Of a stretch of DNA of 64,000 nt, positions 34,862-45,253 are shown piece after piece (positions within the stretch are counted from its first letter, which is position 1; each line of letters opens with the position of its first letter). Both the position numbers and the translations under genes were made by a program. The notes under the pieces were generated by a model that worked only from the letters and a program-made list of their open reading frames with translations, ran no database searches and had not been told where the DNA came from. The DNA is taken from assembly GCA_009859145.1 (NCBI GenBank), contig VRVR01000051.1, positions 171,155-235,154 on the forward strand. Direction: 5' to 3'. This DNA is from Andalucia godoyi And28. Lineage: Eukaryota > Protista > Jakobida.

Positions 34862-37800
34862 TCAGCGATTTGGATTTGCAGCTGGACGGCGAGCAGGTGC
34901 CTTTGCGAACAGAGCATCCATCTGGCCAACAAGGTCTTCTGGACGCCCTCGACTGGAATACACGGGCATGGTAAGCGCATGTTTTCGTGACGGCTCCTCT
35001 GTCATGTTCTGCGAGCTCTTTGATTTTGATTTCAGTTGTGCCACAGCAGAAACCATTTTGGACATTCCGGCTTCAAAGAAGCTCTTCTTCCTTGCCTGAA
35101 CATTGGACACGGCTGCCTGGATTTCCTCGGCACTCTTACCTTCCCGACGAGCAGCCACAAACGCCTTGTACCGTTCCTGCTCAAACTTGAATGCTTGCGA
35201 AAAGTTCATCAGTTCGCCCAGCTGATCAACTTTCACCTTTCCTTGCGAGAATGCCTTCATGTACGTGACGGAGCCGTCCAAGATGTTCAACAGCGTGGGA
35301 CGGTCAATACGAAGTGTGCACGACGGACTCGCACACGCACACTTCTCGACGGCAACATCGGCATTCGAGACAATAATGGAAGCAACTTCTGCTTCGACGC
35401 CATCCACAAGCACCACGAACAGCAGGGCACCGTTCCAGTTCGTCGGGGTGTAGCAAGTGGGGATGAATTCCAGAGCTTCCTGCAGCCTTTCGCTTTCTGA
35501 CATCTCCCCCTTGTCGACGTCCGAGCTGTCGCTTTCGTCCTCTAGCACCCAATGAAAGGCAGCACAGAACATCACCATTCCAGAAATATCTTCCGAGCGA
35601 ATGACACCGTCCTGGAACAACTTGGAATAGGAAGTCCGACCTGTGAGAAACCGGCACACAACTTCTATACTCGCTTCCAGGACGAAGAAGAATTCCGACC
35701 CGTCTTCCGTCTTCTCTTCCCGGCCTGCAGAATACCTCTCGACAATGAGGGACTCCGAAGTGGTCCGAACAATAATTGCTGGAACATGGCCTCCAGAAAC
35801 ACGAAAGAGTGCGCTCTTCGGCATCAGCGACCCATTCCAGGAGGCAACAAGTTTTGCGAATGCTGCTTCAAGACTCGCCTCATCGCGCGCACGCACATCC
35901 TCCACGGCCTTTTCTTCTGCAGTCAGAACCTTTGGCTTGTTCCCGTTCTGTACAAACGCCTCATAGCCGTCTTTGGACATTGGAAACGCCTGCGAAAACA
36001 TCAGCGCCATACCAAGATCCGATACCATGAGCTGACCCTGCATAATGGCCATCATACTGTCCAGGGCCCCGGACAGCAATGCCTCGAAAACCTCCAACGT
36101 CCCAGACACATGCAGGACAAACACATCAAGTCGGTTCTTGCACGTCAAAATGCAGCACTTTCCTTCCGCGACGCGGATAACCACGCAAACGACTCCCAAT
36201 ACTTCCCACAGGATATCTCCTTGGAAAAAACACGAGGCCGGCGAGAAGATTGTCAATAAATAATGCAACGCGTGTTTGAGCTTGGCGTGGCGTGCAACGA
36301 TGTTGCACTTCTCAAAAGATCGCAAACCAATTTTCGACTTTGCAGCATCAGCAAACGCAGCAAACCCCTCTTTCGAGACAGGAAATGCTTGTGTAAACAT
36401 CAGCCCCATAGTCAAGTCGGACAGCGACAACCTTCCCTCCATCATTGCTGCCATCGTATCCAGAGTACCCGACAAAAGTGATGAAAAGGTCTCCAGCGCA
36501 CCTGAAACTTTTAGAACGAATGGCGAGGACGGAGACGTTTCCGTTGAGAATATAGCACAGCATCCGTTTTCCACGCGAATGACGATAAATACAACATCTA
36601 TGATTTCCCAAATAATGTCGCCCTGGAAGACTGCCGTTGCCGGAGAAAATGCAGAAGCCAAGTACTCGAGAGCCAGCAGCAAGCTCTCGTGCTCCCCGAC
36701 AACCTCCGATTCGTCAAAAGGAACAAGCAATGATTTCCGTTCCGATTCTTTCTTCGCCGCCTCAAAGACTGCAAAGCCCTCTTTTGATACCGGAAAAGCC
36801 TGCGAAAACATGAGTGCCATTCCCAAATCCGAAACGGACAATCGGCCCTCCATGATCGCCGACATGCTATCCAAGGTCCCCGACAGCAGCGCTTCGAACG
36901 TTTCCATCGCTCCAGACACTTTCAGAACAAAAACATCGCTGGCTGCCGAGCACGGAGTCGACAATATCTCGCAAGCCCCGACAGCTACGCGTATGATAAT
37001 TGACGCAACATTTTGAACTTCCCACACAATATCACCCTGGAAGTAGCAGGTCAGCGGGGAGAACGAAGACACCAAATACTGAAGAGCAGTGCGCAGTTTT
37101 GGGTGTTGCAGAACAATTGGGCACGTGTCAAAGGGAACGGGAACAGGGACGGCGGACTTGTCATTCTCTGATTCTTCCAAATGTTTCCGAGCTTCAAAGG
37201 CTGCAAACCCTTCTTTGGAGATAGAGAATGCCTGCGCAAACATGAGAGCCATGCCGATGTCCGAGACAAATAGTTTTCCTTCCATGATTGCCGCCATGCT
37301 TTCCAACGAGCCTGACAGGAGTTTTTCAAACGTTTCAAGAGAGCCAGAGACCTTCATCACAAACGCATCCAGCGGTTCGGAAGCCGAAAAAACCTCGCAT
37401 ACTCCGTTCTGCACGCGAATGACCACATACACAATCCCCTGAACTTCCCATAGAATGTCACCCTGGAAGAAACACGTTGCCGGGGAAAACGTGGACATCA
37501 AGTATTCGAGAGCCAGCTTCAACGGTCCCCGGCTCTGAATGTCCGTGCTCTCTGTAAACCTGACCAATGCCGCCGGTGTCGCCGCAGCAGCCGGTGATGG
37601 CTCCGTGATGCTGTTGGAACTGGACGAAGAAGACAGCGACGGCGACGGCGACGACGACGATGACGTCTTTATATTCCGTCGCCTAATACCAGCATTCGCA
37701 AACAAGTCGGCCGCTGCACCAGGACTGGAAAACAGCACGTCATTCGCGGTTGCCGACTGCCCTGCCGTCGCCATCTGCAGCTCGGGAAGCTTCGAACTCG

Positions 37801-38164
37801 TGACATGGTCATTTGCCTGGATAGATGGCATTGTCGTCTCGGAGCCCGCGCGAGCAACAGGCTGCTTGTCGAGCATCTTGAGCGTTGGAACCCTCGATAT
37901 AACATGCTCTCTGTAGTCGGGCTTTCGGCATACTGGGTTTCCCGACAAGTCGAGTTCTTCAAGGGCCGGGGCATCCAGAATCCCATCCAGCTGCCGAAGA
38001 AACGAGAACTTGTTGTGGCTTAGATCAAGATATCGGAGACTCGCACACTTTAAAAACGAGTCCGTTTCATGGTACTCCTGGCGCGAAATCGTCGCTCGTT
38101 CAATTCGAGAAACATCGCCCCGAATCCCTGCAGCGATTCCAATCTTGTCCGCCAACAGCTTCAT
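34862..38164 (-). CDS. LRR protein followed by six tandem SCP2 (sterol carrier protein 2)-like domains (1100 aa)
   Basis: N-terminal LRYLDLSHNKF / LEELDLSGNPV plus LRRcap (YREHVISRVPTLKMLD). Four near-identical ~115-aa repeats plus two diverged ones; the last contains CTLRIDRPTLLNILDGSVTYMKAFSQGKVKV, the SCP2 signature. Confidence 0.85.
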   Translation of the reverse strand: MKLLADKIGIAAGIRGDVSRIERATISRQEYHETDSFLKCASLRYLDLSHNKFSFLRQLDGILDAPALEELDLSGNPVCRKPDYREHVISRVPTLKMLDKQPVARAGSETTMPSIQANDHVTSSKLPELQMATAGQSATANDVLFSSPGAAADLFANAGIRRRNIKTSSSSSPSPSLSSSSSSNSITEPSPAAAATPAALVRFTESTDIQSRGPLKLALEYLMSTFSPATCFFQGDILWEVQGIVYVVIRVQNGVCEVFSASEPLDAFVMKVSGSLETFEKLLSGSLESMAAIMEGKLFVSDIGMALMFAQAFSISKEGFAAFEARKHLEESENDKSAVPVPVPFDTCPIVLQHPKLRTALQYLVSSFSPLTCYFQGDIVWEVQNVASIIIRVAVGACEILSTPCSAASDVFVLKVSGAMETFEALLSGTLDSMSAIMEGRLSVSDLGMALMFSQAFPVSKEGFAVFEAAKKESERKSLLVPFDESEVVGEHESLLLALEYLASAFSPATAVFQGDIIWEIIDVVFIVIRVENGCCAIFSTETSPSSPFVLKVSGALETFSSLLSGTLDTMAAMMEGRLSLSDLTMGLMFTQAFPVSKEGFAAFADAAKSKIGLRSFEKCNIVARHAKLKHALHYLLTIFSPASCFFQGDILWEVLGVVCVVIRVAEGKCCILTCKNRLDVFVLHVSGTLEVFEALLSGALDSMMAIMQGQLMVSDLGMALMFSQAFPMSKDGYEAFVQNGNKPKVLTAEEKAVEDVRARDEASLEAAFAKLVASWNGSLMPKSALFRVSGGHVPAIIVRTTSESLIVERYSAGREEKTEDGSEFFFVLEASIEVVCRFLTGRTSYSKLFQDGVIRSEDISGMVMFCAAFHWVLEDESDSSDVDKGEMSESERLQEALEFIPTCYTPTNWNGALLFVVLVDGVEAEVASIIVSNADVAVEKCACASPSCTLRIDRPTLLNILDGSVTYMKAFSQGKVKVDQLGELMNFSQAFKFEQERYKAFVAARREGKSAEEIQAAVSNVQARKKSFFEAGMSKMVSAVAQLKSKSKSSQNMTEEPSRKHALTMPVYSSRGRPEDLVGQMDALFAKAPARRPAANPNR

Positions 38165-38580
38165 TCCTGTGCGTCGTGAGGCCGCTCTGTGTCGCTCTGT
38201 ATACGACGCAAATCAACGAACACACACACAACACTAATAAAGGAAAATGATATATATTACAACAACAAAAAGAAAAGAAAAGAAAACTGCAAACTGCAAA
38301 CAAGCTTTGATGAAGCAGTAAATAACAAAACAAAAGACAAAACAAAAGTCCGAAAATCGGGGAACGTTCTTCGCTCTTTCTTTGGACAGTTTGATTGTGC
38401 ATGATGCTTGAGTCCGGAGCTTCCAAAATTCCCGAAATGTCGAAAGCGCAAACCGTTTCCTCGCAAGTCAACTCATGAATAGTTCCCGTAATCAGCAAGT
38501 TGGTGGCCTGTTTGTGGAGTCAGGAGTCGTAGTAGTAGCCGTGGCGGCCGTGGAAGCAGCAGCAGAAGAAGTGCTCGAGT

Positions 38581-39927
38581 ATGCGGCATACTGCGAGTGC
38601 AGTGGTGCTGGTGGTCGGGGTGGTCGTCGTGATGTCTGCAATGTTTGGTGGTGTTGTGCATGCGGTGACGGGCGATACACTGCTGTTTGATAATTTCTAT
38701 ACTGGCGACTTGGACGCGATTGGGTGTTCGTGTGACGCGACCCTTCCGAATGGGTCGTGGGACAATACGCGAAACTGCTATTGTGTGAGCGGAATATGCG
38801 ATAGACAGCGCATTGCAGCCGAGCCGTGTGTCTCGGGGCTTCAGTGCTTCTCTGGGAACTGCACGTCTGGGCTGTGCGCTGCGGTGCCGACCGGGCAGCC
38901 GTGTTTGCGGTCCAGAGCCCGGACGTACCGAGGCGAGATTCCCAACCCGTGCGCAAGAGACTCGTTCTGTACGTTCAATGACTCGTCGAGTCTGCGAGGA
39001 ATGTGTGTGCCGAAACTGCCGCTGGGGAGTGCGTGCGGCTGGCAAGAGCAGTATTACGATGGATGCAGCGCCGGGACGTTCTGCTACATTGCCAACGAAG
39101 ACAGCGGCACGTGCGTCCCCATGTTTCAGCGTGGGTTTGAAGCTTCGTGCTCGGGAGGGTCGTTTTCGGATGATTTCTACTGCAAAGCGAGTCTCGTGTG
39201 TGCCGATGGCGTTTGCCAGCAAAACACGCCGTTTTTGTGCGAGACAGACAGCGACTGTCCACGGCTCTCTGGAGGATGCGCAGTCTCCACGGGCAAGTGC
39301 TTGGCCGCAAATCCGGCTGTTATCAATGTTACCAAATGTGATGAATCGTACCAGTCCTTGGTCAGCTGTTTGGCGCAGCACCAGTGCTCCTGGACTGTGG
39401 GCGGTGCACCAACGCTGCAGGACTCGTGCAAGTCACATTGTTTCCGTGAGCTCATTCAGGTGTCTTGCTGTGAAACACCCAATGCACTTCCAGAGGGATT
39501 GAGTTGTTCTGTCGACGCCTTTATCCCTCCTCCCACTGCAGGCTGCAGGAGCTTAGGTGCCAATTCGGGCAGTGACAGCACTCGCGTTTGCAGCCTGTGT
39601 GTGTTTGCCATCGTGTTGGGTGTTGCGATGCTCGTTGCTGGCGTATGTCTGCTGCGTTTTGGCGTGAACTCCTCCACGATTCGTCTGCTGTCTTGGATGA
39701 TGTTTGTGGGGAGTTTTGCTTCGATTCTGACTGGCTTCCTTGTTCAATTCGCAGGCTATGACTGCGCAGTTTGTCTGTTTTGCATCATTTTCCAAACTCC
39801 TTTCGTGTTGACATGGATTGTGGGATCCTTGTTCTACAGAAGAAACCTTTACGGAAAGACAGTGGCTTCCGAGTACGCAATGTTTGATGTGCCGAGTGCC
39901 TCCCGAGACGACCCAGATGCAGATTGA
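38581..39927 (+). CDS. Cell-surface Cys-rich protein with signal peptide and about three C-terminal TM helices
   Basis: Hydrophobic N-terminus ending VVHA; ectodomain with many C-x-S-G-x-C and G-x-x-C motifs; three hydrophobic segments, then a short tail containing YAMF. Confidence 0.8.
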   Translation: MRHTASAVVLVVGVVVVMSAMFGGVVHAVTGDTLLFDNFYTGDLDAIGCSCDATLPNGSWDNTRNCYCVSGICDRQRIAAEPCVSGLQCFSGNCTSGLCAAVPTGQPCLRSRARTYRGEIPNPCARDSFCTFNDSSSLRGMCVPKLPLGSACGWQEQYYDGCSAGTFCYIANEDSGTCVPMFQRGFEASCSGGSFSDDFYCKASLVCADGVCQQNTPFLCETDSDCPRLSGGCAVSTGKCLAANPAVINVTKCDESYQSLVSCLAQHQCSWTVGGAPTLQDSCKSHCFRELIQVSCCETPNALPEGLSCSVDAFIPPPTAGCRSLGANSGSDSTRVCSLCVFAIVLGVAMLVAGVCLLRFGVNSSTIRLLSWMMFVGSFASILTGFLVQFAGYDCAVCLFCIIFQTPFVLTWIVGSLFYRRNLYGKTVASEYAMFDVPSASRDDPDAD

Positions 39928-40275
39928 TTCTCGATGATTCTACTCCTTGCGCATCTGTGCAGTTTATTTTTCTGTCTCCTCTTCTCCCTGTTTTCTCTGG
40001 TCTTTTCCGACCACCCGCAATTTTAAGGTTGGTCGTTCTGTCTTTTTTTCCTTCCTTCCTTCTCTCTTTCTCTTGTCCTGTTGTTCGAATCTGTAGGGAG
40101 TTAAAAATAATAAAAAAAGGGCGGACCCAGAGTCGTATTAATTGATTAATTTTGTTTTTTGTGGTTGCTGAGCTCGCGGGGGTGAAGATGATGACAGACA
40201 GGGGGGAGACAGGCCGACGGTTCATTCACGGTTTCGATTTATTACTATTACCATTAATTTATCAATATACGCAGT

Positions 40276-42945
40276 TTACTCGTCGTCAACAGCATCCTGT
40301 TCTTCAACGGCTGCGCCAGCATTGGCATTGGCGTTCTTCTTCTTGTTTCTCTTCTTCTTCTTCTTACCCTCTCCACCAGCGGCATTTCCCTCGGCAATCG
40401 TGGCCGATTCCTCTGCACCACTGGCGACAGGCGCAGACGCTTCAGAAGACGGATGGCTCACCGAGGCACTGTCGGTTTCCGGCTGCGGCTCCGGCTCCGA
40501 CTGCACTGCTGGAAGGGGTTCCGAAGACACATCAGACACGGAAGTAGGAGCAGCAGCAGGAGCGGCAACCTCGGTCGAGGAAGATTCTTGCTGTGGGCTT
40601 TCGACAGCTGCTGCGGCGGGAGCAGTCGCAACCGGGGCAGATTCTTCCTTGGTCTCTTCCTTCGCAGGCTCTGCAGGTGCTACAGCAGCGGCGGCGGCAA
40701 CAGCGGGTGCAGCCTCGGAAGTGGCTGATTCTGGTTTTGCTTCTTCAGCAGGCACAGGGGCAGCTGCTTCGGACTTGGCACTCTCCGCAGGCGCTTCAGC
40801 AGGCACAGGGGCAGAAGAGGTCTCAGCCGCGGCAGGAGCAGCAGCAACAACCGGGGCAGGCGCAGAAGGGGCGGCGGCGGTCGCAGGGACGGCAGCAGGA
40901 GTGGCAGCGGAGGACTCCTTGGAAGATTCTTGCTTCTTCTCCGTCTTCGAGGCCGACGCCTCTTCTGTCTCTGCATACATTTCCTCAATGACCGAACCAT
41001 ACTTCTCATTGACAATGCGCCGCTTCAATTTCATAGTAGGCGTAAGCTCCCCACCATCAATTGTGAAATCAGCCTCGAGAACGCGAAACTTCTGGATCTT
41101 CTGCGCGCTGGAAATCGCTCTTGCATTGGCCTTGTCAATTCCTTTCTGGATAATTCCAATGACAATCGGATCCTTGGCAGCATCCGTGGTGGTGGTCGAC
41201 TTCGATCCTGCAGCAGACAAAATTTCGATGACGGATGCAGACAGATCCTTTGTTGGAACACCGTTCTCATCAGGCTTCGACCTCAGCGTCACCACGGCAG
41301 ACAAGAACTTCCTCCTTTCGCCAATGACCATAATGTTCGAAATAATGGGAGTCTCCTCCTTCACAGTATCTTCGATCAAAACAGGAGGAATGTTCTCTCC
41401 GCCAGAAGTAATGATAAGTTCCTTGGCCCTGCCAGAAATCATAATCAGTCCTCGCTCCTTGTCCTTGTACATGCCAAGGTCTCCCGAGTGAAGATATCCA
41501 TTTTCATCAACAGACTCTGATGTAGCTTGATCGTTCTTCAAATATCCCAGGAATCGGTGGCGCCCCTTGAAGATCAATTCTCCTTGTCCTTGCTCATCTG
41601 GTTTATCGAGAACAAGCTCAGTGCCTGGCATCGCAAATCCGACAGATCCCGTAGCATAGCGGTCTGGCAAGGAGATGGTCTCCGGACCCGAGCACTCAGA
41701 CATGCCGTAGATTTCAAGGATTGGAATGCCCAGCGACAGGAAAAACTCGAGGGTTTCACGACCGATTGGTGCTGCAGACGTTGCACACAAACGGCACTCG
41801 TCGAAACCAAGTTTTGCACGGACCTTGTCAAACACCAAGCGACGTGCAATTCCATAGCCCCAAGGCTTGGACTTTCCCGACTGCTCAGCAAACCCGCCTT
41901 CCAAACCCTTTCCTCGGGCCCATTCCGCGATCTTCTTCTTCATTCCTGTGGTTTGCCGACCCGCAGCTTTCATGGCTTCCATGATCTTTTCCCACACTCG
42001 GGGAACTCCCAAGAAGACAGTCGGCTTGACGGTCTGCAGAGTGTGCGGAAGCGATCCGCGCAATGCATCGGGCTTTGCAAACCAGACAGAATAGCCAACA
42101 GACATTGGTCCGTGAACATCAAGCATTTGCGCTGCAATGTGTGACAGCGGCAGATAGGAGATCATGCGATCCGTCTCGACAACCTTGAGGGACTCGATTG
42201 CAACACGAGCAGTCCAGGTGCAGTTGTCATGCGAAATCATGACTGCCTTTGGGAAAGACATGGTTCCAGAGGTATAAATGAGCGTGCAGCAATGGCCAGT
42301 CTGTTGGTCCTTGATTCGCTCTTCAAGAACTGCATCCTCCACTGCATCGCCAAGTGCCATGAAATCCGTCCAATTGTACACAGGCGGGCGATTCTCCGGA
42401 CGCTGCGTTGCAAAGCCCTCGGCCCAGCAAACGTACGCCTTTACCTTTGTCAATCGATCCGAACCAAACGAAGAAAACTTCTTCAACTGCGATTCATTCT
42501 CAACAAGCACCACGGAGGAATCCGAGTGTTCCGCGACGTAAGCGCATGCCTCGGGATTGTTGGTCGTGTAAATTCCAGCCGCAATTGCACCAGCAAAAAT
42601 CGCGCCATTGTTTGAAAGAAACCACTCGAGCGAGTTGAAACCCAAAATGGAGACCCCGTCGAATCTCTGCACGCCAGCGCCAATTAGTGCTTTTGCGGTC
42701 TTTCGGATCAGTGCTGCATACTCAGACCAAGTGATCTTGCTGTACGTGTCCTGGCCGGGTTTCAAGTAGTACACAGCATCACGAGAGCCGTTCTTCTCTA
42801 CGCACTCGGCAAGAACCTGCATGACGGTCTTCGGAGCATACCCTGCAGCACCTTCCCCGAGGGGAAACTGCATCGGAACGCGCACATCCGTCGTCCAGTG
42901 CGTGTCCTTTCCAGGAAAAACGGTCGCTTCAGTCGAAGAAGACAT
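40276..42945 (-). CDS. Long-chain acyl-CoA synthetase, bubblegum (ACSBG) type, with long low-complexity C-terminal extension
   Basis: LIYTSGTMSFPKAVMISHDN (AMP-binding), SYLPLSHIAAQ, EIYGMSECSGP, GYLHSGDLG and GRAKELIITSGGENIPP; WTT-type N-terminus typical of ACSBG. ATG 42945. Confidence 0.93.
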   Translation of the reverse strand: MSSSTEATVFPGKDTHWTTDVRVPMQFPLGEGAAGYAPKTVMQVLAECVEKNGSRDAVYYLKPGQDTYSKITWSEYAALIRKTAKALIGAGVQRFDGVSILGFNSLEWFLSNNGAIFAGAIAAGIYTTNNPEACAYVAEHSDSSVVLVENESQLKKFSSFGSDRLTKVKAYVCWAEGFATQRPENRPPVYNWTDFMALGDAVEDAVLEERIKDQQTGHCCTLIYTSGTMSFPKAVMISHDNCTWTARVAIESLKVVETDRMISYLPLSHIAAQMLDVHGPMSVGYSVWFAKPDALRGSLPHTLQTVKPTVFLGVPRVWEKIMEAMKAAGRQTTGMKKKIAEWARGKGLEGGFAEQSGKSKPWGYGIARRLVFDKVRAKLGFDECRLCATSAAPIGRETLEFFLSLGIPILEIYGMSECSGPETISLPDRYATGSVGFAMPGTELVLDKPDEQGQGELIFKGRHRFLGYLKNDQATSESVDENGYLHSGDLGMYKDKERGLIMISGRAKELIITSGGENIPPVLIEDTVKEETPIISNIMVIGERRKFLSAVVTLRSKPDENGVPTKDLSASVIEILSAAGSKSTTTTDAAKDPIVIGIIQKGIDKANARAISSAQKIQKFRVLEADFTIDGGELTPTMKLKRRIVNEKYGSVIEEMYAETEEASASKTEKKQESSKESSAATPAAVPATAAAPSAPAPVVAAAPAAAETSSAPVPAEAPAESAKSEAAAPVPAEEAKPESATSEAAPAVAAAAAVAPAEPAKEETKEESAPVATAPAAAAVESPQQESSSTEVAAPAAAPTSVSDVSSEPLPAVQSEPEPQPETDSASVSHPSSEASAPVASGAEESATIAEGNAAGGEGKKKKKRNKKKNANANAGAAVEEQDAVDDE

Positions 42946-43409
42946 TTCACAAAACAATGCTAACGAGCGGAAAGATAGCCGACTTCAGAGCGAAGAAAAA
43001 AACATACAAACAGAAAAAAAAAAAAAAACCAGGAAAGAAAGACTAAGAAACAACAGCAACGAAAACATCAACAAGAAGCAGCAGCAGCAGCAAGGGAAAG
43101 GCAAGCTACGGGCTTCCAAGTCTTTCAAGTGACAAACAGAAACGACAGCCATTGTGGTAGGACTGACATTAGAGGGGAGAGCTCTGACATTTTTTACGCC
43201 TGCGTTCTGACTTTTCTTCTTCTTTCCCAATTTCAGGGGTGTGACTACCGATTACAGCAGGCAGTTTTTTGAGAATACAAACACGCACGCGTCCCCAAAG
43301 CACAGGCCGGCGCATTTTAAATATTAAAATAACAACAACATAAATACCAATAATAATAATAATAATAATAACAGCTGAAAAAAAAGAATTTACAGGAAAA
43401 TGAATTGGT

Positions 43410-44537
43410 TTAGAACCACAGGCTATACGAGTCGCCGAAAACTCGGTACAGCACAGGCACGGGCATGGCGTATCGGGGATCGATTACCGAAAACAGCTGT
43501 GAAGAGTCGGCAGGACCGCCACTGCTCGACTTTAGTTCATCAAACCACCGTCGAATCTGCGCTCGATCAACGGCCAGGAGCGAGAGCCCGGCGATTCCAA
43601 AAAAAGTATGCCAAACATCTGGATAGTTGCCAGGAGCATCTGCAATTCCGCCGTTCTCCTCGTCCTGACACTTTTGGATGAATCCCCGCAGTCCATCCCG
43701 GTTAATCCAGTCAAGACGGCCAAGAATCTCGAGCGAGGCCAGGACCCACCAGCTATAGCAGACATCCGACGATTTCTCCGGCCTGCCATTCAATCCACCG
43801 TCACACGCGTTCTGCCTCTCGGCCAGCCACCACGACAATGCATCGTCCGTCGGGAACAGTACACAGCGCCCCTCAGACGCCGAATTTTGCACGGATGCGG
43901 TCAACGACTCCGGAGCACAAGGGTCCCGTGGAGAGACCCGGTCTGCAACAGCAAACGCCGCGACAATCGTCCAGATTTGCGCTGCATGGGACTCTGCGCC
44001 AGGAACCGCGCCATACCCCGCATCAAAATTCCTGCAAGAAGAAAGCCACCTCAGAGAAGAATCGACATCAATCGCATCGAGACACTTTAACAATTTGAGC
44101 GACAAGAACGCACAAAGGACAAACCGGCTGTCGACTTCTCCGTACTTGTCGCCAGAAACGGAGCCATCCGGATTCTGTAACTCTCTTATGAACGACACCA
44201 CTTTGGAGCGAACGGCGTCGTCCAGCAACCGATCTGTTCGACCGACCTGCACAAGCAGTTGGATCGCCGACAGTGTGTGCAGTATGTGAGCGTCATGGCC
44301 GATGTTTCCGCCGAACCCGCCGGTTTCGGGGTCATAGCATTTCCAGCAGAATTCCTCAATGGCTGACGGCGAGGGCATCACGGAAAGCTCACTTCCAAGC
44401 AGCATGGAAGCAGTGTATCCCCAGTACACACCAGAGATGCGCAGATGCTCCGTCGCATGGTATTCGAAAGACTCTTTCGCAACCGACGAGTCAAGCGAAG
44501 CAAGGTAGACGTTGTGTTTTTCTCGAAGCAACACCAT
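43410..44537 (-). CDS. RABGGTB: Rab geranylgeranyltransferase beta subunit
   Basis: TEHLRISGVYW, GGFGGNIGHDAHILHTLSAIQ, GEVDSRF, AESHAAQ, GGLNGRPEK-x-x-DVCYSWW and DVWHTFFGIAGLSL. ATG 44537. Confidence 0.95.
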   Translation of the reverse strand: MVLLREKHNVYLASLDSSVAKESFEYHATEHLRISGVYWGYTASMLLGSELSVMPSPSAIEEFCWKCYDPETGGFGGNIGHDAHILHTLSAIQLLVQVGRTDRLLDDAVRSKVVSFIRELQNPDGSVSGDKYGEVDSRFVLCAFLSLKLLKCLDAIDVDSSLRWLSSCRNFDAGYGAVPGAESHAAQIWTIVAAFAVADRVSPRDPCAPESLTASVQNSASEGRCVLFPTDDALSWWLAERQNACDGGLNGRPEKSSDVCYSWWVLASLEILGRLDWINRDGLRGFIQKCQDEENGGIADAPGNYPDVWHTFFGIAGLSLLAVDRAQIRRWFDELKSSSGGPADSSQLFSVIDPRYAMPVPVLYRVFGDSYSLWF

Positions 44538-44775
44538 GAATAGGAACACTAAACACACACACACACACACACACACAAATGAATAAATAAAAATAAAAAA
44601 AACAAAAAACAACCGGGAACAGCAACACAACTCGTCAAGGGAGAGAAATGGATCCGAAACCAGGTACAATAACCGCGATGTGAATCGCCCCTTTACAAAG
44701 CACAAAAAGAAAAGAAGACGAGAATGAATATCGCAAACACAGAAGAAGAATTAAAAACGGGAGCAAAAAAGTCAC

Positions 44776-44847
44776 CTCTCCTAACAGGATTCGAACCTGT
44801 GCATTGGGATTCAAAGTCCCACGTCCTAACCACTAGACGATAGGAGA
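44776..44847 (-). tRNA. tRNA-Gln (TTG)
   Basis: Minus strand TCTCCTATCGTCTAGTGGTTAGGACGTGGGACTTTGAATCCCAATGCACAGGTTCGAATCCTGTTAGGAGAG: acceptor TCTCCTA/TAGGAGA, anticodon stem TGGGA/TCCCA, loop CT-TTG-AA, T-arm ACAGG/CCTGT; T-run follows. Confidence 0.95.
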
Positions 44848-45253
44848 TTGCTTATTCGGATGGCCACCATGTTTTGTCTAGGAACCTTTCTTTTCCTCCG
44901 CGTCCTCCGACCCCTTTTTGCTGCTGTTTCCGTCCAACTACGACCAGATCACGATGGCACTCGTGAGCGGCCGGGGCGTTCCGAGTCAGGCAGGTCATTG
45001 TTATAAGAGCATTTGTGCTGCTTGCGCATTCCGATGCATGCTTTTAAAACGAAAACGTGAACGCAGAGAAGAGATAGTGTGAAAAATACCAAGAAAAAAA
45101 AAAAAAAAAGAAAAGAAAAAGAAAAACAATTTTAAATGAAAAAAAATTATTAAATAAAACAGCAAAAAAATACCAAACGACGAGAGCGTTGTCTTACGAT
45201 TTGCAAGTCACGATGTCAATACGCAGTTTTTATATACAAGCACAATGCATCAC

